Shown here piece by piece: positions 27,120 to 36,555 of a stretch of DNA of 64,000 nucleotides. A program made the translations under genes and the position numbers. The notes under the pieces were generated by a model. That model made no database searches, was not told the DNA's origin, and saw nothing but the letters and a program-made list of their open reading frames with translations. The stretch lies in the sequence record PP942979.1; one strand, 5' to 3'. Within the stretch, counting starts at the first letter, position 1, and every line of letters begins with the position of its first letter.

Positions 27120-27141
27120 GTCATTTCTGGAGCATTTTCGC

Positions 27142-28122
27142 ATGAGATTCGGATTCGCCTGCAAGCTGATTGACGCAAACGGCAAACAGCCCTACCCAAA
27201 CAAAAGCATTAGCTACGCCCACTTCTCTAAACTTGACCTCGACGCACAACGTCAACGCCTGCGCGAGATAGTCACGGTCAACCTGACTTCACTTTACGAT
27301 ATGATCGCACACGTTGCGATGTTGCGTACTGACATGCGCATGTTTCGTATCACAAGCGAACTACTTCCGCTCTACACGCACCCGCATGTATCTCACCTGT
27401 ATGACGAGCACGAACTCGCCTCGTACATTGAACACTGGTTGTGGAAGTGCGGTAGTCTTGCACGTAGTTCTGGCGTTCGTCTTTCGTTTCACCCAGGTCA
27501 GTTCACGGTACTTGCATCTGATCGTCCTGATGTTGTTGTCAACTCGATACGCGAACTTGAGTACCACGCATACTGTGCCTACCACATGGGATACGGTCGT
27601 CGCTTTCAGGACTTCAAGATCAATATTCACCTCAGTGGTAGACTTGGTGCGAAAGGCTTCCGTGCTGCTCACTCAAAACTTTCTGACCACTGCCGTAAGA
27701 TGCTCACCGTTGAGAATGACGAGATCACTTCGAGCGTAGAAGATTGCTTGGAGCTGGCAGACCTGTGTCCGATTGTGCTCGACATTCACCACCACTGGGT
27801 AATGACAAACGAATACATTCAACCAGACGATGATCGTGTTCAACGTGTCATTGAGTCTTGGCGCGGCATTACTCCGGTTGCGCACTACTCAGTTTCAAAG
27901 CCAGAGTTCGTGCCGTCTCGTGGTCTCCCTGATCAAAACAAGCTGACTGCTAATCGTATGCAGTTACGCGCTCACGCAGATTACTATCACAACGAAGACG
28001 TGAATGACTGGGCCCTCAGTTTCTCTGAATTTGACCTGATGTGCGAGTCAAAAGCGAAGAATAGAGCGCGAATGAAATTGGCATGTTTTACGCTCAACTC
28101 AGCAAATAACTGGACAAAATAA
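27142..28122 (+). CDS. uvsE: UV damage endonuclease (UVDE/UvsE family)
   Basis: RFGFACK, MFRITSELLP, RLSFHPGQF, ELEYH, NIH, VENDE, LDIHHHW, HYS, HAD and ESKAK motifs. Confidence 0.92.
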   Translation: MRFGFACKLIDANGKQPYPNKSISYAHFSKLDLDAQRQRLREIVTVNLTSLYDMIAHVAMLRTDMRMFRITSELLPLYTHPHVSHLYDEHELASYIEHWLWKCGSLARSSGVRLSFHPGQFTVLASDRPDVVVNSIRELEYHAYCAYHMGYGRRFQDFKINIHLSGRLGAKGFRAAHSKLSDHCRKMLTVENDEITSSVEDCLELADLCPIVLDIHHHWVMTNEYIQPDDDRVQRVIESWRGITPVAHYSVSKPEFVPSRGLPDQNKLTANRMQLRAHADYYHNEDVNDWALSFSEFDLMCESKAKNRARMKLACFTLNSANNWTK

Positions 28123-28155
28123 GGCTTGTTTTCGAAGGTTGCCCTATGATACACT
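28110..28155 (+). promoter_or_regulatory. Conserved phage promoter P5
   Basis: GCAAATAA-CTGGACAAAAT, TTGTTT, then TG-A-TACACT at +40. Confidence 0.75.
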
Positions 28156-28211
28156 GTTTATGAGCGCTATCGCTCGTTTTTCTCATATAAGAAGACAGAG
28201 GAAATAAGACA

Positions 28212-28514
28212 ATGTTCAATACGACAACTATCGCAACGAAAGCAAGCATTGCACCGACCGTTAAACACTCTTTTGGCATCACGGGTCTTGCACCCACTAA
28301 TCGTATCTCCTGTGTTTGGCCTGGCGCTCTGGAAGTTCCGCTGCACATTAAACGTTGGTGCCGTGCCAACGAAATCATGAATGACCTTGACCCGTACATG
28401 CGTGTTCGCTTTAAAGGTCGTCGCGCGGATATTCTGAATTTGGTTGCTGTCCATCTGGCACCAAATAACTCTGAGCTTGCGGTTCGCATTCTCGCAACTA
28501 TTACTGAGGCCTAA
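28212..28514 (+). CDS. Hypothetical protein (100 aa)
   Basis: GAGG RBS, downstream of P5. Confidence 0.7.
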   Translation: MFNTTTIATKASIAPTVKHSFGITGLAPTNRISCVWPGALEVPLHIKRWCRANEIMNDLDPYMRVRFKGRRADILNLVAVHLAPNNSELAVRILATITEA

Positions 28515-28515
28515 A

Positions 28516-28779
28516 ATGAAAGTCCAACCACTGGAAGCTATGTACGGTGCTACGAAGACCAATACTCCGCTAATAGAAAAGCGCGGCTTCCGTCCTGTCG
28601 AATCAAAATATGTCGATGGCACGGAGGTTAGATTACAACGGCTCTCACACGATGTACATGAACGTGTGGTTGTTGGTTACGATCAATTTGGTCGTGCTGT
28701 GTATGGAACACGGACACCGCAATCAACGTTCGAAGTGCGTGACAGCAAGGAAAGCGAACCGAATAAAACGGCGCCCTAG
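28516..28779 (+). CDS. Hypothetical protein
   Basis: GAGG RBS, ATG 28516. Confidence 0.6.
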   Translation: MKVQPLEAMYGATKTNTPLIEKRGFRPVESKYVDGTEVRLQRLSHDVHERVVVGYDQFGRAVYGTRTPQSTFEVRDSKESEPNKTAP

Positions 28780-28854
28780 CAAGCTCACAACCAGAAGCCA
28801 TAGAATAACCCAAACAATAAATTCATGCGCTGACCTATCGTGGGGTGTCTTAAA

Positions 28855-29232
28855 ATGATCGTTATTTGTAATAGTTCAAAACAGTTTTGTGCGGATCGCC
28901 TAGCACACGGGGATGCTTTTGTTTTTGGGAAGACACGCATGTTACTACGCGCTGACTTCATCGTCCTGACCGACAAGAACAATAGCTTCTATGTAGTACG
29001 CAAATCTGATGTTGTTTGGTCGCCTGAGCTTACAGGTGCTACGCATGTGATTAAAATCCGGGCGTATGCCCAGATTAAGCCGTTCGAACTCAACGCAGCA
29101 TGTCCACAATTCAATAGCCGCGTATTCGGAACAATCGCGTTCCGTAATCCGCACTTTGAGCATAGACTCTCGGGTCTTAAATATGTAGAGACAAACTTCG
29201 GAGGTTTACATGGCACGGTATCATGTGTTTAG
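28855..29232 (+). CDS. Hypothetical protein
   Basis: GGGG RBS, ATG 28855. Confidence 0.55.
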   Translation: MIVICNSSKQFCADRLAHGDAFVFGKTRMLLRADFIVLTDKNNSFYVVRKSDVVWSPELTGATHVIKIRAYAQIKPFELNAACPQFNSRVFGTIAFRNPHFEHRLSGLKYVETNFGGLHGTVSCV

Positions 29233-29461
29233 TGCGACCCATAAGTATTACGGCGAAGCATACGAAGGTACGTGGCTGAAAGAGATCGCTCTCAACGGCC
29301 AGCAAGTTACCATCGCTGAGTTTCCAAACTTCAACGCTGCCAAAGAGTGCGCTGACAAGCTGCATGAGGTTTGCGATATAGGGTGGATCGTCTACAACGC
29401 TTTTTCCGAAAGAGCGATGTACGATACCCGTACAGAGCAAGGCGAGTCTGTAAATACATAG
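29210..29461 (+). CDS. Hypothetical protein (83 aa)
   Basis: GGAGG RBS. Confidence 0.7.
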   Translation: MARYHVFSATHKYYGEAYEGTWLKEIALNGQQVTIAEFPNFNAAKECADKLHEVCDIGWIVYNAFSERAMYDTRTEQGESVNT

Positions 29462-29533
29462 CAGCCTCGCCTGCACCTTTTCTTACCGTGAGGCTTACGG
29501 GCTTCACATAAATTCATATCAATGAGGTTCAAA

Positions 29534-30046
29534 ATGAAATTCACTTCAATCGCTATCGCACTGGTTCTGGCTGCTTCTTCCGCTAACGCTGCAAACTACA
29601 AAGCACCAGCTCCGGCCGCAGGTATGCAGTCGTCTGGCATGACTATTTCTGATCAGCTGGACGATAGCTGCATGAGCAAGCTCGCTGCCGCCAGTGACCT
29701 GCGCGAAGCTGTTGTTGACTTCGCTGTGTCGCGTGATGCTATCGACACTGTTGCACTTTGGCCTCTGGTCTGTTCGCCGACTGTTGAAGCCAAGTCTATC
29801 GACGTTGAGCGTATGGGCTCCGACATGACAATCACTTACGTCAACAAAGACGCGTCTGTGCCAAAACTCACTCTGGTTCTGCAACGCGTCCGCTCTGAGA
29901 ACGAAGACGATGCTCCTGCGTATCAGATCGTTCAGGTTGGTGATATGAATGCTATGGGCTACGAAGAACAGTCTGCTGTTAAAGACTGGCTGCTCGAATG
30001 CTACGCTCTCACCGTTCAAGATAGTATGGCGGTGGTGCTGAACTGA
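29534..30046 (+). CDS. Putative secreted/periplasmic protein
   Basis: MKFTSIAIALVLAASSANA is a classical Sec signal peptide with an AxA cleavage site; GAGG RBS. Confidence 0.75.
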   Translation: MKFTSIAIALVLAASSANAANYKAPAPAAGMQSSGMTISDQLDDSCMSKLAAASDLREAVVDFAVSRDAIDTVALWPLVCSPTVEAKSIDVERMGSDMTITYVNKDASVPKLTLVLQRVRSENEDDAPAYQIVQVGDMNAMGYEEQSAVKDWLLECYALTVQDSMAVVLN

Positions 30047-30351
30047 TGAAAGGAAAGAAGTTAGACATATTCCTGCAACAACGCACGGCAATAAACAAGG
30101 TTGCTTCCAGTCCACAAGACTGGGAGACCTATAAAGAAATGCTGCTGAACATACGGCTTGCCGTTGCTGTTGACCCACGCCCTGATGCTGCTGTACGCCA
30201 CTTGGCTCGTACATGGCATGCAGAAAAGAAATATGCGCTCCCTGTCTGTCAGGCTACGCTTCTGAAACTTATGACTTTGAAGAAAGCGAACCAAACGCTT
30301 GAAGAGATGATCGCGTTGTACATTGACCTTGAGGAAGGAACTCAGAAATGA
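30046..30351 (+). CDS. Hypothetical protein (101 aa)
   Basis: TGATG coupling. Confidence 0.65.
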   Translation: MKGKKLDIFLQQRTAINKVASSPQDWETYKEMLLNIRLAVAVDPRPDAAVRHLARTWHAEKKYALPVCQATLLKLMTLKKANQTLEEMIALYIDLEEGTQK

Positions 30352-31532
30352 TCGAAAAGAATGAACAACTGGCCGATGCAGTTCGTCGTATGTTTAACTC
30401 AGGCAGCGTTGAAGTGCGTGATGCGTTACGCGCAGTAGCAAACACTGTGCTGGCTAAAGATGTTGCTCTGCCTTATGAAGGTGACGAGCCGTCTGTAGAG
30501 ACAACGTATCGTCTGCTGGAAGGTATTCAGTTCTCCGGTGACGGTAAAACGCTTCTGCCGTCCGATGAAATCTATGCGCTGGATAAACTGCTGTCGAAGA
30601 AGTGGCGTAACACCTTCTTCTCCGCCGTGTCGAACATGGCTCTGACTATGCACTGCACTGACCCGCGTACCGCAGGCAAAGGCTACTGGCCACCGAATAA
30701 CAGTTCTTGCTGTGAGCTGGTTACTCGCGCATTCATCTGGTGTGTAGCGCAATACGGGCTGGACAATCTTCTCGAAAAAGACACGTCGGTTGTCAGTCAC
30801 ACGCGTCTGCCTCAGTTTATCATCGCGTTGCAGACCGAAGGCAAAGACGAAGGCTATGCGCGTCACTTTAGTCTGTATCATCCTCACAACGATACAGGCA
30901 ATATCGACACGACCAACTACTGGCCGGACGAGTACAAAGCCCAGCAGGAAGAAAAACGCATCGCAAGTCGCCCTGCTGAATACGACTCCGTCCGTCATAT
31001 GGGATTCGACGAGCTGGCCGCTCTGTGTACTCGTCTGAATCTTATTGGACCAAACTCCAAAGTTCGCTGTGATTGCGATGAAGACGAAGAGGAGATTGAT
31101 TGCGATTGCCAGCCTATGATGGTGGAAGACTTCGATCAGGACCTCGACGAACTGCAACAAGTCTTCTATGAAAAGTACGGTGACCCTGACGACGACATTG
31201 AAGAAGATGAAAGCGACTGGATTACTGGCGTGTCTGTTATGGAAGTCACTGTCGATCTTCCTGTTGTGCGCCTGCCTGAGCCTGCACAAAACAATCGCTC
31301 GTATCTGCCTCGTCGTGGTCAGAAGAAAGCAATGCCAAAGTCGGTATCACGCAAAGTCACATTGACTCACGATCAGCAAATCTGGCATGAGCTAGACAGC
31401 AAACAAGAGTTCGGTGATCGCCGCTTCGCTATCACTCTCGTATCTCGCCACACGTGCGGTGTTGATCGTGCTATCGCTACTAACCGCGAAGCGCTGGCAG
31501 TCGCGTATACTCTTATCAACATCGACAAATAA
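30348..31532 (+). CDS. Hypothetical protein with an acidic region (394 aa)
   Basis: GAGGAAGG RBS; long ORF. Confidence 0.75.
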   Translation: MIEKNEQLADAVRRMFNSGSVEVRDALRAVANTVLAKDVALPYEGDEPSVETTYRLLEGIQFSGDGKTLLPSDEIYALDKLLSKKWRNTFFSAVSNMALTMHCTDPRTAGKGYWPPNNSSCCELVTRAFIWCVAQYGLDNLLEKDTSVVSHTRLPQFIIALQTEGKDEGYARHFSLYHPHNDTGNIDTTNYWPDEYKAQQEEKRIASRPAEYDSVRHMGFDELAALCTRLNLIGPNSKVRCDCDEDEEEIDCDCQPMMVEDFDQDLDELQQVFYEKYGDPDDDIEEDESDWITGVSVMEVTVDLPVVRLPEPAQNNRSYLPRRGQKKAMPKSVSRKVTLTHDQQIWHELDSKQEFGDRRFAITLVSRHTCGVDRAIATNREALAVAYTLINIDK

Positions 31533-31577
31533 CTGGTCAAAATAGCGCTTCTTCGTGAGGCGCTTTTCTGCTATAAT
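31533..31577 (+). promoter_or_regulatory. Conserved phage promoter P6
   Basis: CAAATAA-CTGGTCAAAAT box 39 bp before TG-C-TATAAT. Confidence 0.8.
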
Positions 31578-31683
31578 AGCAGCTAGAGCAACATCGCTCT
31601 CAACGTCACTTTTAACTATACGTTTATAACGGGAATTGTCATTTATGTCACGCACTATTTCACGCAAGAAAGCAGTAAGCCTC

Positions 31684-31947
31684 ATGTCCACAACTTACAA
31701 CGCAAAACATCCTGAGTATCTTCCGCGCCTGTTGGCCGAAGATATGGACTCGACTCACCTGTTCGAGTTTCGTGAGATGGTTGTTGCTAAGATTCAGGCA
31801 GGCGAAGACCCAACTAAAGTTGTCGATGATATGATCGACACGGCGATTCGCGTTACTCAGGTTCGTCGTCGCACCAGCAACGATTACAACCCGAAGATCG
31901 CCGACGTGCTTACTGATGAACTGCGTGATATGCTCCGTAAACTCTAA
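31684..31947 (+). CDS. Hypothetical protein
   Basis: ORF downstream of P6; start uncertain. Confidence 0.65.
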   Translation: MSTTYNAKHPEYLPRLLAEDMDSTHLFEFREMVVAKIQAGEDPTKVVDDMIDTAIRVTQVRRRTSNDYNPKIADVLTDELRDMLRKL

Positions 31948-31955
31948 GGATAAAA

Positions 31956-32510
31956 ATGAAAAGCTACGGTTACTTTTATATTCTGAATCACATCGCTATG
32001 GCCGTAGATGCACCCAACAAGGAAGTTGGGTTTAAAGCTCTGGTAGAACTGGACATGTTCAATCGCGCATCTACTCTTACTCGCCCGGACGCTGACCCGC
32101 GCGCTGCAAAGATTGTGCGTGATTTGACTGAGGCGCTTTACCCATCTGCATCTGATGTTCATCCGACTATCGCGCAACGCATGATGCTGGTGCAGGCGCT
32201 GCATGACCAAGAACTCGAATCTATCGTCGGCAGTATTCGTTTCTTCGTGCCGTTCGCGTACACGAAAGAGCAACTGACTGACCAATTCGGTTTCTTTGAT
32301 AACGGTGACGGCTTGAACGTGCCGTACTTCTTGCGTCATCTGTTTATGGAAGATCAAGCAGTCTTCCTTGACGGCAAGCTGACCAGCTTCGCTAATTCGT
32401 GTATTCACGGAGAAGTGTCGCAAACTGCTCGGCAGTATGGTCTGCTCCCTGCTCAGGCTTACGGTAAGAACGATATTCCTGAGCGCTTCAAACATCTGCC
32501 TCTGTTTTAG
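31956..32510 (+). CDS. Hypothetical protein (184 aa)
   Basis: AAGGA RBS. Confidence 0.75.
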   Translation: MKSYGYFYILNHIAMAVDAPNKEVGFKALVELDMFNRASTLTRPDADPRAAKIVRDLTEALYPSASDVHPTIAQRMMLVQALHDQELESIVGSIRFFVPFAYTKEQLTDQFGFFDNGDGLNVPYFLRHLFMEDQAVFLDGKLTSFANSCIHGEVSQTARQYGLLPAQAYGKNDIPERFKHLPLF

Positions 32511-32519
32511 GAGACACTC

Positions 32520-32978
32520 ATGGGAGTTGTTAAAGGCATAACCGCCACCACGTTCCCTTCTCGGGGACGTGACGAGGGCCAGAAGATTGCTCTCAAGTGT
32601 CGTTGGGGAATCTACCCAGCAACTGTTGTCCGTCAAGACAACGATCAGCCGTATAACGAAATCTGGAAGATCGATGCAAAGAATCTTCCACATCGTTACT
32701 TCTCCACGACTGACGACCTGTTCGTGTCTCGGCACTTCATTGATAACTTCGCAAAGCATTCGCCTATCTGTCCGAAAGGTGAGTATGAAGATCAATTCGT
32801 CGATGTTGTGTTTGACCGCGACACGGAGAATAAATGCGAAGGCGTTGTTATGACGCATCGTGATTTGCTTGTAGTGATTCTGATTACTACAGGCCCTCAT
32901 GCAGGCCGCTACGTCACTGACAAAGAGTGTCAGTACGCGCCGAAGCCTCGCAAAGTAAAAGAACTAATCGACAATTAA
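32520..32978 (+). CDS. Hypothetical protein (152 aa)
   Basis: AGGAG RBS. Confidence 0.7.
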   Translation: MGVVKGITATTFPSRGRDEGQKIALKCRWGIYPATVVRQDNDQPYNEIWKIDAKNLPHRYFSTTDDLFVSRHFIDNFAKHSPICPKGEYEDQFVDVVFDRDTENKCEGVVMTHRDLLVVILITTGPHAGRYVTDKECQYAPKPRKVKELIDN

Positions 32979-32987
32979 GGATGTAGA

Positions 32988-33524
32988 ATGCAATTCAAAG
33001 TAATGCCTGACCTCAATCGTTTCCCTGAATTTAAAATGCCAGCTCGCGCCTCTGGGCAGGCTGCCGGTGTTGACCTGTTCGCTCAGGAAGACATGATCAT
33101 TACTGAACAGACAACTCTGTTTGAGCTGGGCTTCAAAGCTGCCGTGCCTGAGGGCTACGTAGGCATCATCTTCCCTCGCAGCGGTCTGGGCGCTAAATTC
33201 AACTGTGAACTGTCTAACACTCTGGGCGTCATTGATAGCGACTATCGCGGTCAGTGGATGGCTGCTCTGCATCTCGGCGGTAAAGGTACGAAAGGCAACG
33301 CACTCGAAGACGTGCGCACTATTCTGCGCGGTGTTGCGCCGGCCGTTGCTTCTCTCGTTGAAGGCCCCGATACACAACTCGGTCTGCATATCAAACGCGG
33401 TGAAGCGTATGCTCAGGTGTTGTTCTTTGAAGTGCCTCTGATGGAAATCACGCAGGTAGATTCACTGGACGACACTGAACGTGGTGAGGGTGGCTTCGGT
33501 TCAACCACACCTGCTCGTGGCTAA
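32988..33524 (+). CDS. dut: Trimeric dUTPase with an insertion between motifs III and IV
   Basis: AAGVDL, PRSGLG, GVIDSDYRG, GEAYAQ and RGEGGFGST (motifs I-V). Confidence 0.95.
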   Translation: MQFKVMPDLNRFPEFKMPARASGQAAGVDLFAQEDMIITEQTTLFELGFKAAVPEGYVGIIFPRSGLGAKFNCELSNTLGVIDSDYRGQWMAALHLGGKGTKGNALEDVRTILRGVAPAVASLVEGPDTQLGLHIKRGEAYAQVLFFEVPLMEITQVDSLDDTERGEGGFGSTTPARG

Positions 33525-33732
33525 TCTGCTGTATGTGCTAATCGCCTACTATCTGGTGGGCGTTATTCAGTTCTTTCGTGAGCTACGCTCCATCCCAAAC
33601 GACGATCCCGCAGTAACTCAGTTCAATCGCAGTATGGATAACGAATCCAACCTGCAGGTACTTTGGATAGGGATCAAACTCGCTGTTACTGTGATATTCA
33701 TTCACATTCCGTGCTGGATATTTCGTATATAG
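33517..33732 (+). CDS. Small membrane protein (GTG start)
   Basis: Two hydrophobic segments; hairpin at 33748-33770 downstream. Confidence 0.55.
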   Translation: MANLLYVLIAYYLVGVIQFFRELRSIPNDDPAVTQFNRSMDNESNLQVLWIGIKLAVTVIFIHIPCWIFRI

Positions 33733-33790
33733 TGATGCTACTCACACGAGGAGCCTTACGTGGGCTCCTCATTATCGTAATATAAACACT

Positions 33791-34105
33791 ATGGCAAAGA
33801 AAACTTATCTGCTACCTCGTGAGCGACCAAGCCCGCTGCCTAACTTACGAGCCTATCTCGCGTTCCTCGCTAGGAAGCCTAATGCTAATCGCGCAGTATT
33901 AGAATCGTATTGCAAAGCAAGTCTGGCACAAATGGCTCGCAGCCGTTTCTTTGTAGGTAAGCTCTTTGGCTACAAAGTGTATACGAAATCGAACAAGCTC
34001 GCATACACGGTTGTATGGATTGACCCATACAACTATGACTGTCTTGTTCTGAATCATCAAAGGAGAGAAGTAGAGTTCAAAAACCTTTACGGCCTGCTTT
34101 TATAG
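33791..34105 (+). CDS. Basic hypothetical protein (104 aa)
   Basis: ORF in array. Confidence 0.6.
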   Translation: MAKKTYLLPRERPSPLPNLRAYLAFLARKPNANRAVLESYCKASLAQMARSRFFVGKLFGYKVYTKSNKLAYTVVWIDPYNYDCLVLNHQRREVEFKNLYGLLL

Positions 34106-34142
34106 TTAGGTCCTAGCGCCTTCACACTAGGGGAAACTTCCG

Positions 34143-34820
34143 ATGATAGCTGTTCTTAACAATCGTACCGACGAGGTAATTAAACGCCTGAACGTAGCAG
34201 TATGGTCTTGTGTAGCCGTTATGTTTGCTGTGTATATCGCAGTAACGAGCAACGCAAACGCCAGTATGTCTACAGGCCCTGACAACGCCATTGATATATC
34301 TTCCGCCGTGTCACTTGATCCCTCCAATCGAGTGGCTACTAAATACAAGGAGATAGAAAAGGCAGTAGCAGTAAAAGACGAACGAAGGCCCAAACGTTAT
34401 GTAACGAGAGAGCGCCTCCGGCAACTCTATGCTCACTTGCCTCACCCGTCTGATTTAGGCAAGCAGATTGATTTGGCCGCAGAGAAGTACAACGTAGATG
34501 CAAAACTGCTTCTATCAATCTGCGTGTCCGAGTCGCATCTCCGTGCAAAGATCAGGAACAAATCCGGAGCTACAGGCCTGTGTCAAATCATGCCTGACAT
34601 GCACGGACGTTCTGCGCGGGAACTCATGGACTACCGAATCAATGTTGATCAGGCAGCCCAGATTGTTGCGTTACTAAACAAGCAGTGTAAAGGCAGACGC
34701 GCCTGCGTCATTCAAAGCTACAACACTGGTTGGGGAGCATATTTGAGAGGGGTACGTGCCCCACAATATTTAGCGAAAGTCCAGACTGAGTATCGCCGCA
34801 AGCATACTCCTTCTTCCTAA
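34143..34820 (+). CDS. SLT-family lytic transglycosylase with an N-terminal membrane anchor
   Basis: AAEKYNVDAKLLLSICVSES (catalytic Glu), GATGLCQIMP, SYNTG and YLAKV; hydrophobic N-terminal segment. Confidence 0.88.
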   Translation: MIAVLNNRTDEVIKRLNVAVWSCVAVMFAVYIAVTSNANASMSTGPDNAIDISSAVSLDPSNRVATKYKEIEKAVAVKDERRPKRYVTRERLRQLYAHLPHPSDLGKQIDLAAEKYNVDAKLLLSICVSESHLRAKIRNKSGATGLCQIMPDMHGRSARELMDYRINVDQAAQIVALLNKQCKGRRACVIQSYNTGWGAYLRGVRAPQYLAKVQTEYRRKHTPSS

Positions 34821-34834
34821 TAGAGGATATAATA

Positions 34835-35521
34835 ATGAACATCAATATCACCGCGCTGTACAAAATGCAATTCCAGTTGCTGAAACCTTTATCGCCTCGT
34901 CAGGAGTATGCGCTCGTTGTCCTGCTCTGCGAGAACATCAATGAAGGTGATGTGGCTGCACTGGCAGAAGTAATCGTTCGTGACTATCCGCATGTAGCGC
35001 GTCTGTATGATGCGTTTGCTGCCGCCAACCAGTACGACAATGCTGTACCGTTTATCGTTCCTGTGTTGAACTCGGAAGAAGTCACCGAAGAGATCTTCTG
35101 CATTCGTGATCACGCACTCGTCGTTGCACCAGATCTGCGTGAATCTCTGTGTCAGGCTCTGACTCGCGTTGTGCTGATGCGCGAAACGCCTGATGAATTG
35201 CTTATGCGCGAAGGCGCCGAAGTGATTCTGGTGACAGATGCTATACCGTATCTGCTTGGCCAGTTCATGGATTGTATGCTCGATGCGTACAATTGCGGTG
35301 TGCTGCCTATGGTTGTTCGTCCTACGAAAGGCCAGCAGGCCATGCGTGATGATCGTCTGTTGTCGTTTGAGATGTTGCGCGACAACAATATGTTCTCTGG
35401 AAGTCTGGACTTCACTAAAGCTCTACAGCCGAGCGAGAAAGCCAAAGCGATTGCTGCCCAGCTTATCTCTCGTCTGCGCACTGTCAAGCCTGCACGTGGC
35501 TTCGATGCGGTAACACAATAA
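34835..35521 (+). CDS. Hypothetical protein (228 aa)
   Basis: GAGG RBS. Confidence 0.75.
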   Translation: MNINITALYKMQFQLLKPLSPRQEYALVVLLCENINEGDVAALAEVIVRDYPHVARLYDAFAAANQYDNAVPFIVPVLNSEEVTEEIFCIRDHALVVAPDLRESLCQALTRVVLMRETPDELLMREGAEVILVTDAIPYLLGQFMDCMLDAYNCGVLPMVVRPTKGQQAMRDDRLLSFEMLRDNNMFSGSLDFTKALQPSEKAKAIAAQLISRLRTVKPARGFDAVTQ

Positions 35522-35525
35522 ACCC

Positions 35526-35556
35526 AACGGGAGACCTTAACTGGTTTCCCGTTTTT
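35526..35556 (+). terminator. Intrinsic terminator
   Basis: AACGGGAGACC-TTAACT-GGTTTCCCGTT followed by TTT. Confidence 0.8.
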
Positions 35557-35580
35557 CATTTCTGCGCAAATTTTGAGACT

Positions 35581-36555
35581 ATGACAATGAACGAACAATT
35601 CGAATCAATCCCTGCTGATAAAACCCTTCTGCCCTTCTATTCTTCGGTTGCAGTTAACACCTACTTCGATTACCACATTAAGCGTCTTGGTCTGACTAGC
35701 GTGTGGGAATACGTCGAACGCAACAACCGTCCTGCTTTCGGTGACGATCAGATACTGGAAGCTCTGCATTACCATTCGACGATACACATGAAGCATGTAA
35801 CTGCGCTCGCTCTTTGGCTGCTCGACTGCGAAGCCGTTCACGATTGGCAGTACCGCAACGGCGCAGTACCGTTAGCTATCGCCTGTATGTTCCACGACAT
35901 GAATCACTCACTCGGACAGAAAGATGATGCGTACAACGTTCAGCAAGCCATCGCTGCTCTGGAGAAAGCTGCGCACCACGAACTGGCCGATGCCATGCTG
36001 ATCGACAACTGCGATATTGCCTCAGACCTGATTCGTGTTACGCAATTCCCGTACTCAGATGATCGTGTGCCGAAGAATATGATTGAGCGTTGCATTCGTG
36101 ACGCGGACATTCTTTACGGCATGCAGCCTTTCGTTATCGACTACGTTATGTATGGTCTGCGTGACGAAGTGAACAGCAACCCTGAAATGCCCTACCCGTT
36201 CACTCGTCAAGACTGGGCCTCGGGTCGTGTTGACTTCTTGCATGGCGTTGAGATGTTTACGCAGACAGGTAAAGACGCGATGGATTGGTTGCTTGATGAA
36301 GAAAACGATCACAACCATCAGTCGAAGATTGAAAACTGGATGACCGACAACATTGAGTTCGTCCTCACCAGTGCGCGTCATATCAAAGCGAACGACGTTC
36401 TGTTTATCGACGTACCAGAAGACACGTTGAAAGCTCGTCGTTTGGTTGAGCGTGTGGAAGATTGTTATCCCGATATCAATCTGTATTTCATGGGTGGCAC
36501 TTCTTGCTCGCTACGCAACGGCGAGCACTGCATTCGCGTCGAAAGAAACAAATAA
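35581..36555 (+). CDS. HD-domain metal-dependent phosphohydrolase
   Basis: YHSTIH...MFHDMNH...IRDADI (H...HD...D signature). Confidence 0.8.
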   Translation: MTMNEQFESIPADKTLLPFYSSVAVNTYFDYHIKRLGLTSVWEYVERNNRPAFGDDQILEALHYHSTIHMKHVTALALWLLDCEAVHDWQYRNGAVPLAIACMFHDMNHSLGQKDDAYNVQQAIAALEKAAHHELADAMLIDNCDIASDLIRVTQFPYSDDRVPKNMIERCIRDADILYGMQPFVIDYVMYGLRDEVNSNPEMPYPFTRQDWASGRVDFLHGVEMFTQTGKDAMDWLLDEENDHNHQSKIENWMTDNIEFVLTSARHIKANDVLFIDVPEDTLKARRLVERVEDCYPDINLYFMGGTSCSLRNGEHCIRVERNK

